IMG/VR virus record: IMGVR_UViG_3300023313_000003
Location: 15,486 to 79,485 of that record
Length of the DNA stretch: 64,000 nucleotides
Strand: one strand, 5' to 3'
Source of the DNA: a virus
Of the stretch, positions 1 through 9,139 are shown piece by piece; the stretch's first letter is position 1; each line of letters starts with the position of its first letter. The position numbers were made by a program, and so were the translations under genes. The notes under the pieces were generated by a model. The model did no database searches, was not told the origin of the DNA, and saw only the letters and a program-made list of their open reading frames with translations.

Positions 1-1
1 A

Positions 2-955
2 CTTCTGAGAGGTCTTTAGTATTTGACCATAATCAACCATAACAACATCAAAAGGAAATTCTTCTTTAACATCTTCACATAAGGCTATAAATTTTTCTAA
101 AGTATAACTCCAATCCCCCATGTGATAAATTCTTATATCGTCTTTGTATTCTGATATAAATTTGTTCTTTTTCTCTATTTCTTTCTCATTTAGATTATTA
201 AACCTTACTCTTCCATAAGGAACTTTAATTGCTCTTGAAGCAATTCTTAATAAAGGCTGAGTATCTTGGCCTTCAAGATTTAGATATAAAACTTTGAATC
301 CATCTTGTAAGAATTTCCATGAAGAGTTCAGTAAAAATAATGACTTACCAACATTTGTCCCACCAAGTACAACAGTTAAAGTTCCTCTAGGGATTCCCCC
401 ACCCATTGCTCGATCTATATCTGGAAGTCCTAACGCTAAAAGCTTATCTTCGTTCTCTGCTGACTCTTCCATAACTTTAGTTAAATCTTTTAATGAGAAG
501 TATTTTTGATTATCAAAATCGATACCTTTCATTGCATCAACATCTTTCTCTATATTCTCTAAAATCTTATCAGGGTCTTTAAATTGGCCATTAACTAATT
601 TTTGGTTGATTTTGAAAGCGATTGCCTTCTTTACAAATTTAGCTACATTTTCCTTTATGTATTTAAAATTACGCTTTATTTGTGGCTTCTGAACCTTTTT
701 TAATAACGCTTTATAATCCTCAATTTTATCTTCATCAAACTTAAATAACTCATTTTCCATCATAGAATAAGTTACATAATCATATTCTGCATATAATCCT
801 TTAACTAAATCAAAAAGTAATCCTATTGTTTTATTTGAAAAATAAGATTTCTTCAATAAATCTAAGGACTTCTTAGCAAAAGTAGGATCTTCTACTAATA
901 TTTGAATAACCCCTAACTGAAAATTTGCATCGTAATTAAATTGAATTTCACTCAT
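2..955 (-). CDS. DnaB/T4 gp41-like replicative helicase (runs off the window's left edge; not in ORF track)
   Basis: Manual translation from ATG at 955: MSEIQFNYDANFQLGVIQ...LGLPDIDRAMGGGIPRGTLTVVLGGTNVGKS (Walker A)...VLYLNLEG...VVMVDYGQIL (DnaB motifs H1a/H2). Confidence 0.9.
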   Translation of the reverse strand, partial: MSEIQFNYDANFQLGVIQILVEDPTFAKKSLDLLKKSYFSNKTIGLLFDLVKGLYAEYDYVTYSMMENELFKFDEDKIEDYKALLKKVQKPQIKRNFKYIKENVAKFVKKAIAFKINQKLVNGQFKDPDKILENIEKDVDAMKGIDFDNQKYFSLKDLTKVMEESAENEDKLLALGLPDIDRAMGGGIPRGTLTVVLGGTNVGKSLFLLNSSWKFLQDGFKVLYLNLEGQDTQPLLRIASRAIKVPYGRVRFNNLNEKEIEKKNKFISEYKDDIRIYHMGDWSYTLEKFIALCEDVKEEFPFDVVMVDYGQILKTSQK

Positions 956-999
956 ACTTATCCTCTTGATATTGTCTGCTTTATTTTGGTTTTAATAAC

Positions 1000-1515
1000 G
1001 TAATATATATTGAAGAGATATTCAATAATTATTTTAACTTAAATTTTGAACAGTTAACTTACTAAGTTTACTATAATATTGAAGAATTTTCAATTTTTCT
1101 TTGTTGAAGATATTTTCACCTTATTATTTCCATGCTACCCTATCAAAACAATTCAAAAGAATACTTAAATAAATTTTTAAATATATAATCACCTCGATTC
1201 GGTTGTTCCAACCTCTCGGCGATTAAATGATGGCTTCGCCATTTAGTCAAATAATCTTCAAACATCCTTGAAGATATTTTAAAGTTAACTACTTCTCTAA
1301 ATTTAAAGCGCAGGAGTGACCGACACCATCGGTGTCAACGACAAGCATAAAATTTTTCTATACATAAATACTTATCGCAAGGATATTGGTCTATCTTCGT
1401 TGAAGATATTTATCCCATTAACATTAAAGATTCACTTAATGAGATGTAATAGATATGTTTAATTGGTCACTTACGGCTATCGCCACCTTGGGGTGGCGGC
1501 CTAGTTCCGTAATGT
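1000..1515. other. Hairpin/repeat-rich intergenic region between divergent helicases; candidate replication origin or control region
   Basis: Five TTGAAGA copies (1010, 1079, 1104, 1268, 1400). Hairpins at 1201-1213, 1230-1242, 1254-1275, 1322-1336, 1393-1407, 1481-1498. No long ORF. Confidence 0.45.
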
Positions 1516-1560
1516 GGAAATATATCTTGTTATTTAATTATTAATTAACTAGAATTAAAT

Positions 1561-2991
1561 ATGATTAAAATTGAAATAGGCAATTCCATATCAAGCGTTA
1601 GCTTTATCCCAAGACAAATTTTTTCTCTTGTTCATAAAGAATTATCTTTTTACGATATGGGTATTTATTTTAGAACAGGAAGATGGGATAGAGCAGTTTC
1701 TCCTTTAATGGTTGATAATAAATTCCCAACTGGTTTAGTAAGAAGACTTTGTTTCATTTTAAATAATAATAAATTTCAATTTAAAATAATAGATAATAGG
1801 ATTCGTCCTAAAATAAATCACCTTGCTTTACTTCAAGGAGCTTATGAACCTACTGCTTATATTCATCAGAATGAAGCTGTCCAAGCGTTTTTAAACTCTC
1901 CCTCTGGTAGAGGAATTGTTGTTCTTCCAACTGGAATGGGAAAAACTAGAGTCATGAAAGACACCATCCAACAATTAGGAGTTCACACCCTAATCATAGT
2001 GCCTAGTCTTAATATTAAAAGACAAACACTAATCTATTTAAGTGAGTGCTTTGGAGAGAGTAAGGTCGGTTTATTTAAACGTAATACTTCAAATAAACCT
2101 ATAAGTATAGCTAATTTAGATTCCTTAACTCGTGCGACTAAAGATGATGTTGATCAATTTGACTGTGTGTTTTTTGATGAATGGCATCATGAGGCTTGTC
2201 AAACTGCTCACGATATAAATGAAAATATTATTAGTGATATATATTATAAGTTTGCCTTAACTGCTACTAATTTTAGAAATAGCAAGAATGAACAAATTCT
2301 ATTAGATTGTATTATGGCCAACGAACTTTATAGCATGTCTCCTGTTGAAGCAATGAAGTTTGGATATATATCAAAGATTAAATATTACAGACAAAATATT
2401 CAAGATATTAAACCATTAATTGATCTCGATAATTATGGCCCATTCGGATTACCTGAAAATGAATTAGAAGAACTATGGGAAAAGAAAAAGGATTCATATA
2501 AATACCATGAATTATATAAATTATATATATCTGAGAATGAAGAAAGAAATAGCAAAGTAATCAAACAAGCAAATAGATTAACAGACAAAGGATTATCTAC
2601 CTTAACCTTAGTTAAAGAAATTGCTCATGGGCAATTACTCCAATCTCAAATTAAAGATTGTGTATTTGTTAATGGCCAGGAGGAATCTACATTCAACTAC
2701 GATGCAATTCAAGCCTTCAATAGAGGTGAGATTAAAAATTTAGTTGGAACATCTGTTATAGGTGAAGGTGTAGATACTAAAGGTGCCGATTGTGTAATCT
2801 TAGCTAATGGGGAGAAAGCTAAAACTAAGATTATGCAAAATATTGGAAGAGTTGTTAGGTTAAAGAAGGGTAAAGAATTTGGATTAGTATTTGATTATGA
2901 AGATACAGGTCAAAAAATTATAAAGAAACATTCAAATACTCGTAAAAGAATAGTTAAAAAGTGCTTTAATGAGAAAGCGATTGAGACTTAA
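1561..2991 (+). CDS. SF2 helicase, UvsW-like
   Basis: LPTGMGKT, FDEWHH, TAT and QNIGRVVR motifs; N-terminal FPTGL motif typical of phage UvsW-like proteins. Confidence 0.88.
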   Translation: MIKIEIGNSISSVSFIPRQIFSLVHKELSFYDMGIYFRTGRWDRAVSPLMVDNKFPTGLVRRLCFILNNNKFQFKIIDNRIRPKINHLALLQGAYEPTAYIHQNEAVQAFLNSPSGRGIVVLPTGMGKTRVMKDTIQQLGVHTLIIVPSLNIKRQTLIYLSECFGESKVGLFKRNTSNKPISIANLDSLTRATKDDVDQFDCVFFDEWHHEACQTAHDINENIISDIYYKFALTATNFRNSKNEQILLDCIMANELYSMSPVEAMKFGYISKIKYYRQNIQDIKPLIDLDNYGPFGLPENELEELWEKKKDSYKYHELYKLYISENEERNSKVIKQANRLTDKGLSTLTLVKEIAHGQLLQSQIKDCVFVNGQEESTFNYDAIQAFNRGEIKNLVGTSVIGEGVDTKGADCVILANGEKAKTKIMQNIGRVVRLKKGKEFGLVFDYEDTGQKIIKKHSNTRKRIVKKCFNEKAIET

Positions 2992-3172
2992 TAGCATCTA
3001 GCAAGGTTTTATTTAACTCTAAAGTTACCCCTATAAATTCTACTAAAGGATCTGATTCTCCTCTAAGAGAGATTGCAGTTTGTTGAGATTTTGCTAATTC
3101 ATTACATCTTTCAAGAACCATATCTATACTTGTGAAATCCATTGATTTTTCATTATTCATTTTCTTCTCCAT
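2966..3172 (-). CDS. Hypothetical protein
   Basis: 68-aa ORF at the end of the tail operon, overlapping its neighbour. Confidence 0.55.
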   Translation of the reverse strand: MEKKMNNEKSMDFTSIDMVLERCNELAKSQQTAISLRGESDPLVEFIGVTLELNKTLLDAIKSQSLSH

Positions 3173-3449
3173 TTATTATTAATTGTAATTCTTCTGATAA
3201 TATATCTTTGTCTTCTTTAGGAATCGATTCATAAGTATCAGAATCAACTTGAACAAACTCTTCTACTTCTTCAGGCTTATAAACTTCTAATACAACTTTC
3301 GTTTTCAATCTATTAACAACAAGTCCTTCTGAAGAAACAATTCCAACAACTTCTTCAGGATTAAGAGAAGCTTCTTCTATCGCTTGATCTTCTGATATTG
3401 CATATTTAAAATATGGTTCATTTTTATATAAAATTAAGTGAGTAAACAT
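3153..3449 (-). CDS. Hypothetical protein (possible fibre-associated/chaperone)
   Basis: 98-aa acidic ORF translationally coupled to a collar-domain gene. Confidence 0.65.
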   Translation of the reverse strand: MFTHLILYKNEPYFKYAISEDQAIEEASLNPEEVVGIVSSEGLVVNRLKTKVVLEVYKPEEVEEFVQVDSDTYESIPKEDKDILSEELQLIINGEENE

Positions 3450-4306
3450 TATACAACCTTCATATAAGCTAATAAATAAACAAATTTTGGAGAAAGAATT
3501 TCAGTAGTTCCTCCTTCCTTGCCACCAGTTAGTGACCTTGCTCCTATTATATTATGAGTTTCACTACCATTACCAGTTAATTCTGTAGAAACTAAGGAAG
3601 TAGCTTGACTATTTCCGTCAACATAACCTTTAACTTGAGAGGCTGTGGTTATGCCTGATATGACCGATACATTTATTACACTTCCAGAAACACTTACTTG
3701 GCCAGGCCCGCCTAAAACATCAAAGTAAAAATTAAGCCTAATATCGTTTCCTACGCTTCCTTCTGCTTTTGCTGTATATCTTACATAATCTATTACTTTA
3801 GTTGCTCTCGTAGCATTTACAGGAGCATCAGTAGCTAAATTTCCATGAGTATGTAGAATAGCACTTCTGATATTTGAACTTGCTGGATCTTTATTTCTGT
3901 TATCAATTGCTTGACCTCCACCTCCACTAGCACTAGTTGAATGAGTATGGTCTAAGTTATGAGTATTAGTTCCACCTGAGTTGTTATTTATTATATCATT
4001 TGCCCCTCTAGGATATTTTTCATTAAAATTAGGAGTGAATCGATTAAATATCCCAATAGTTCTAAGAGGAGAGTTTGGGTTTGTTATTTCACTACCATCA
4101 CATAATTGCCAATAATTAATATTTGGCAAAGTTACTCCTATTTGTGTTGCGTTAATATATATTATAGATCCAATAGGCATTAGATTTAATAGAAAGTTAT
4201 TATTCATAGCCATTTTCTTCAATAATTCTTCATGGCCAGGAACATGTAAGTCAACTTCGTTTGAATGATACTCTGTAAAAATAGAAGGAACTCTTATATT
4301 TCCCAT
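3449..4306 (-). CDS. Tail collar-domain protein with an inserted beta domain
   Basis: MPIGSII, WQLCDG, PNFNEKYPRG, HTH/HxH motifs and C-terminal YMKV, as in phage tail collar/short fibre proteins. Confidence 0.75.
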   Translation of the reverse strand: MGNIRVPSIFTEYHSNEVDLHVPGHEELLKKMAMNNNFLLNLMPIGSIIYINATQIGVTLPNINYWQLCDGSEITNPNSPLRTIGIFNRFTPNFNEKYPRGANDIINNNSGGTNTHNLDHTHSTSASGGGGQAIDNRNKDPASSNIRSAILHTHGNLATDAPVNATRATKVIDYVRYTAKAEGSVGNDIRLNFYFDVLGGPGQVSVSGSVINVSVISGITTASQVKGYVDGNSQATSLVSTELTGNGSETHNIIGARSLTGGKEGGTTEILSPKFVYLLAYMKVV

Positions 4307-5376
4307 TATTGAATCCTTATATAAAATTTAACTGTTTGATATGGTGGTTCAATATTGAACTCAGACAAATCATTATTGACAGGGTGATTATGAAAATGGG
4401 CAGCTTGGCCTAATTGATGATCTGGATCTACGTTAGTAGGATTTTCATGATTAGGAGTATGACCTGTATGATTATGGGTGAACTTAAATATATTAATACC
4501 CCCTTCAGTTCCACTTAAACCGAATGAAGTTGGTATTTTTATATAACTCTCAATTAAATTAGGAGTATAATTTCTGACTTCTCCTACTGTTCTAAGAGGA
4601 GAGTTTTCATTTATAATTTCATTTCCATTACATTCTTGCCACATATTAGGGTCAGGTTCAGGAACTCCTACTATGTTTGTCATAATTGGGACAACCATTC
4701 CTAATGGAATCATTGAATTTAGAATTATTGCATTATTATAAAGAGAAGTTGCAAAATCATTTGAATATATTCTGCCAAATTTTAGATCATCTTCACTTAT
4801 ATATTCTCCTACTAAGTTTGGTGGATTTGTAGGATCATTATATTCAAGGCCTCCATCTGTTCTCATGAAGTATTGAACCTCTAAATAAGGAGGAACAAAG
4901 TTTTCTGGATTTGTTAATGAAGTAGAGATTGCATGAGTATGAGGACTCCCATTTCTACTATCTGATCCTGCTTCTGAAGCTGGATTTGCTCTATCTGTTG
5001 CTATTCCAGTTACTCCTCCATGATTATGACTTAAATCTATAGTAGCACTCCCTCCATCAATTCCTCCTGAATGGAATCCTTTTAAGAACTTTTCTTTAAA
5101 ATTAGGCATGTTTTGACCAAACAAAACAGAGTTAACATTAGAAACTGGAGATCCATCACACCATTGCCAGTTTGCAGGATTTGGTGCTTGAATTGGATTA
5201 TTAACTATATCTGTTTGGGAACTAAAAAAACTAAGAATCATTCCAACTGGCAATGCTCTATTCATCCACATTTGAAAATCTAATAACTTCTTCCATGTTC
5301 CTTTTGAAATAGTAGAACCAAAATCAGTTTCAACTTTTGTTAATATTTTAGGCTTTAATAGCGGTGTTTCAATCAT
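4306..5376 (-). CDS. Tail protein with two tandem collar domains
   Basis: Two units of PVGMI/PLGMV, WQWCDG/WQECNG, HNH...HTH and PPY..V.Y/F.R. Confidence 0.78.
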   Translation of the reverse strand: MIETPLLKPKILTKVETDFGSTISKGTWKKLLDFQMWMNRALPVGMILSFFSSQTDIVNNPIQAPNPANWQWCDGSPVSNVNSVLFGQNMPNFKEKFLKGFHSGGIDGGSATIDLSHNHGGVTGIATDRANPASEAGSDSRNGSPHTHAISTSLTNPENFVPPYLEVQYFMRTDGGLEYNDPTNPPNLVGEYISEDDLKFGRIYSNDFATSLYNNAIILNSMIPLGMVVPIMTNIVGVPEPDPNMWQECNGNEIINENSPLRTVGEVRNYTPNLIESYIKIPTSFGLSGTEGGINIFKFTHNHTGHTPNHENPTNVDPDHQLGQAAHFHNHPVNNDLSEFNIEPPYQTVKFYIRIQ

Positions 5377-5384
5377 TTAAACTC

Positions 5385-8300
5385 CTATGGTGTATAATCT
5401 TTAGGGTGAAGAATATAAGGTAATCTCCCATCTGAAAAATTATGAGATCCACCTCTTTGTTCTTCTATCTCTTGAGTTGTTGATGTTGCATAACCAACAT
5501 TAGGTGGGCCATAATAGGCTATCTTAGTTTTTTGGCTATCGATAGCAAAATCATAATTAGAGTATCTTACAAAAAAACCACCAGAAGAAAATCCAGCAGA
5601 ATTTTTAGTCGTTATCGTTACAGTTCCTATTAAATTTTCTATAAAAGTTAATCTATCACCTATTACTGTATCGATTGTAAGTGTTTGATGTAATGATATA
5701 TCGCTTGCATTAATTATATCTACTTTAAAACCTGATCTCCAAGCCTTACCTATAAAGGCATTTACTCTAGTTTCAGCATCTTCGCCATCAACTTGAGCTA
5801 TATCTATATAGTTAAGCCCTACTTGAATTATATCTCCTGTTGGAGAAATATAAGGTGGAGTTCCTAAATTAGTTAATATAACATCTCCAAACTCTCCTCC
5901 AGCTACAATCCCATCAGGTACAAAGTCACCAAAAGCAGTAGTACCTAAAGACCATAATTTCATTTTAACTTCTAATGTATCTAAATCAAAATAAAGCTTC
6001 CTAACAAAACATGGTATATTATTGAATCGCCTACCACTCTTAACTTGACCGCTAACACAGTCTTGATCAAAGAAATTTATAGAATAAAAGTCTGAGATTT
6101 GAGAGAATAGAAACCTAAACCCTAAAGTCACATCTATAAACTCAGGTTCAGCCGCAGCTAATCTAACGAATAAAGGCATAAGTTTATCTATATCATCTCT
6201 TAGATAAATAGTTTCATGTTTAAGTGTTTTCTTTATCTCTCTACCTGATAGTTCAATCCCTGTTGGAGAGATATAAGTATCAGATTCTATTGTTTTACCA
6301 CTTACATATTTTTTCTTATACCTAGTCACAGCAGAATTAAAGTATTGATTGTATTCTTTTTTAGGTTTAAAAGTTTTTAATTTAATATCACCTTCACGAA
6401 TATAGTCTCCATCAGTTCTAAAGTTATCAAAATGAATTTGGAATAAACTATACTTTAGAAACTTATTATGGATTACAGTATTATATTCTTGTAAATATTT
6501 ATTGATATAAGTTATAACATTTGTTTTAGCGTCTATATATATTCTTGATTTATAGGCTGAAAGATTCTCTCTACATGTCTGATTCCATTTTAAATGAAAA
6601 TCAAAAGAAGTTCTTCCTGAATATTTATGTAGTAAGTCTCTAGCTATAAACCCAGCATTATCATTTGCATTAGGAAATTCGTTATAATTATAAACAGTTC
6701 CATTAGTTCTATTTAAAACAAAAATAGTTCCATCTTGAGCTGAAGAAACCCCGATAGGGAAATCAAAACCTTCATCAACTTTAGATAACAAGAAATCACT
6801 TCCTGAGATTAAAGTTCCATTAGAAGGATTAATCCTATAAAATTTTAGAGTCGATCTATCAACTACACATAATTCATTTTTATTAACGTCAATACTTAAG
6901 TCACTAATATCTATAGCTAAAGAATCAAATATATTTCGATTAAAAGTATTTAATACTGTAGGGCCTAATGCACTAAAAGGATTAACTCTATAGAAATTAC
7001 CAGTAAAGTTATCAACAAAAGTTAAAACATTACCAGCATCAATAGTTAAACCAAAAGAAGAATTTAAGTAAGTATTTAATCCTATAATATCTAATGTTGA
7101 AAACTTAATACCAACTGAGTTATCTATGTTTACTCTATATACAGTTGAAGTTGGCAAGTCCATTATCCATAATGATTTATCAAATTGCTCAGTTATCCCT
7201 GTAATCTCTGTAATGCTTGGATCAATTACTGAGAAATCTATTTCTCTTATTAATACTCCATCATTACTTATTTCGTATAATTTCTTAGAAACATTATCTG
7301 CTGTCCATATACTTTGACGTAATGTTGCAGATAAACCTGTTGGAACTAAATCTATTATATTAACATCTGCTAATCTAAAAGCTGATATTGTAGTAATATC
7401 TTTACCAAGACAAAACACAGAAATTCTATCTCCACTTTTAAATGTATATCGATCAGTTAAAACACTAAAAGTATCATTCTCAGTAAAAGTTATCCCACCA
7501 GTTAATGTTAGTTGCCCTGAAGAAACTCCTGCAACTATAGCTGGAGTGTTAACTCCCTCCCTGTAAACAATATCGCCAATCCTAACTCCAAGAGTAACAA
7601 AATCAACATCAAAACTAGGAGAAGTTAACGAGTTAATGCTAGAACCAGCACCAGCTTTCTTCTGTTTGATGATTGCATAATTTTCAGCTAATGAAGGCAC
7701 TTGGGTATCAATTAGAAATCTTCCGTTTTCTGGCTGTTTAATGACTGCTGAATCTAAAAATTGAATTGGCCCTTCGTCCCCTTCTTTTCTTGAACCTCTA
7801 TGCAAATATAAATTTCCTATACTTCTTAAAGAGTTTACTGCTATTTGAAATATCATAGTTGAGCTTAAAGAATCGATAGCATTAATACATGTCGCAGGAA
7901 TCTCACCATAATCGCCTACTTCAACTGTCCAATCTCCATAGATTAGAGGAACAGGTCTACCTTTAGCATTAACATCTACACTAGGATAAGTTGTTTCATC
8001 ATAAGCAGTTGGAGGTAAAGGAACTTCATCTTTATCAAATTTATCATAACATTTTACAGTTACATCTTCTCCTGAAGTAACCAATCCTTGCTTTCTTGAA
8101 ACAAAGCCTTCAAATATATGGTGATAGTTTGATAGTTTTTCTCCAAAACCAATCCTTACAGATACTTTATTACCTATCCATTGAACATATTCTGCCCCTT
8201 GAGCTAAATATTTATTAAAAAATCCATCTCTATTGTTTAGAGTGAATTTCATATCTCCAATTTCAAAGTTAGGGGTCAACCATTCACCAACAGTTATGTT

Positions 8301-8663
8301 TATTGTTGGTGCTTTCCTACATCTTGCTTCGTAAAATCTAGGATTGCCTTCGTTGTCTTCTACATATATGTTTTGGTTGCTTACTCTTATTGTCGTGGTT
8401 GAGTTTATTTCAATATCAGCTATCCATCTTAAATTAATAAAAGGGAAGGAGGCATCTAATGTTTCTTGATCTAATTGAGCGTCACCTAACCACATATATC
8501 TGTCAGGATCAAAAGCAAAAAATTTAGGAACTATTGTTCCTGAAGAAATTCCTGAACCAGCAGGGCCACCAGATACAAAATTAAACTCTCCAACATGGTT
8601 TAAATATCCAACTTGATTCCCTGTATAAAAATATCTAAACTTTCCTGTTTGATTGCATGACAT
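5385..8663 (-). CDS. Tail tip/baseplate hub protein with an NHL-like beta-propeller insertion
   Basis: GRPVPLIYG motif; five propeller-like blades (PTGL..SIWTADN, ITGI..SLWIMD, SFGL..LTFVDN, ISDL..LCVVDR, PIGV..IFVLNR); downstream of tape measure. Confidence 0.7.
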   Translation of the reverse strand: MSCNQTGKFRYFYTGNQVGYLNHVGEFNFVSGGPAGSGISSGTIVPKFFAFDPDRYMWLGDAQLDQETLDASFPFINLRWIADIEINSTTTIRVSNQNIYVEDNEGNPRFYEARCRKAPTINITVGEWLTPNFEIGDMKFTLNNRDGFFNKYLAQGAEYVQWIGNKVSVRIGFGEKLSNYHHIFEGFVSRKQGLVTSGEDVTVKCYDKFDKDEVPLPPTAYDETTYPSVDVNAKGRPVPLIYGDWTVEVGDYGEIPATCINAIDSLSSTMIFQIAVNSLRSIGNLYLHRGSRKEGDEGPIQFLDSAVIKQPENGRFLIDTQVPSLAENYAIIKQKKAGAGSSINSLTSPSFDVDFVTLGVRIGDIVYREGVNTPAIVAGVSSGQLTLTGGITFTENDTFSVLTDRYTFKSGDRISVFCLGKDITTISAFRLADVNIIDLVPTGLSATLRQSIWTADNVSKKLYEISNDGVLIREIDFSVIDPSITEITGITEQFDKSLWIMDLPTSTVYRVNIDNSVGIKFSTLDIIGLNTYLNSSFGLTIDAGNVLTFVDNFTGNFYRVNPFSALGPTVLNTFNRNIFDSLAIDISDLSIDVNKNELCVVDRSTLKFYRINPSNGTLISGSDFLLSKVDEGFDFPIGVSSAQDGTIFVLNRTNGTVYNYNEFPNANDNAGFIARDLLHKYSGRTSFDFHLKWNQTCRENLSAYKSRIYIDAKTNVITYINKYLQEYNTVIHNKFLKYSLFQIHFDNFRTDGDYIREGDIKLKTFKPKKEYNQYFNSAVTRYKKKYVSGKTIESDTYISPTGIELSGREIKKTLKHETIYLRDDIDKLMPLFVRLAAAEPEFIDVTLGFRFLFSQISDFYSINFFDQDCVSGQVKSGRRFNNIPCFVRKLYFDLDTLEVKMKLWSLGTTAFGDFVPDGIVAGGEFGDVILTNLGTPPYISPTGDIIQVGLNYIDIAQVDGEDAETRVNAFIGKAWRSGFKVDIINASDISLHQTLTIDTVIGDRLTFIENLIGTVTITTKNSAGFSSGGFFVRYSNYDFAIDSQKTKIAYYGPPNVGYATSTTQEIEEQRGGSHNFSDGRLPYILHPKDYTP

Positions 8664-9097
8664 TATTGATCGTCCTTCATGGCTTTAAGTTTTTCGAGAA
8701 GTTTAGTTGGAACTGGCCAACCTAGTCTTCCTGCATTTTCTAAAATTGAAATACATTCGGTTGCTGCTAGGAATAATTCCATAACATACCCTGCTAAATG
8801 GAATCCAATGATTTTATCAAATAAGTGACCTGTCATTATTAGTATTAAATATACACAAGATTTATAAGCTACCCTAAGAAATCCTCTACTATATATATTT
8901 TTATTTTTAATAGCCAAGAAGACACCAGTAATAGTATCAAAACAAATTAAGCCAAGTAACAAATAAAAGTTAGAGGGGTTATTATCGAATATATAAATAA
9001 ATACTGTACCTATACTTATAAAAATTGTCTTTAATGCATTTATAGTGAACACGCTGCCAATTATTTCTTTTACTGATATTGCATTTTGTATTTCCAT
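8663..9097 (-). CDS. Holin (toxin secretion/phage lysis holin family)
   Basis: Transmembrane segments, D.ITG motif, and the SILENAGRLGWPVP signature. Confidence 0.9.
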   Translation of the reverse strand: MEIQNAISVKEIIGSVFTINALKTIFISIGTVFIYIFDNNPSNFYLLLGLICFDTITGVFLAIKNKNIYSRGFLRVAYKSCVYLILIMTGHLFDKIIGFHLAGYVMELFLAATECISILENAGRLGWPVPTKLLEKLKAMKDDQ

Positions 9098-9106
9098 GAT
9101 AATCCT

Positions 9107-9132
9107 AAAAGTAGGAGATTTCTCTCCTACTT
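9107..9132 (-). terminator. Rho-independent terminator between the large tail gene and the holin
   Basis: Minus strand AAGTAGGAGA-GAAA-TCTCCTACTT-TT hairpin with short T run. Confidence 0.65.
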
Positions 9133-9139
9133 ATTTTTG

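Noticed and set aside
294-509. Plus-strand 71-aa ORF in the track
   Set aside because: Antisense shadow of the DnaB-like helicase Walker A region.
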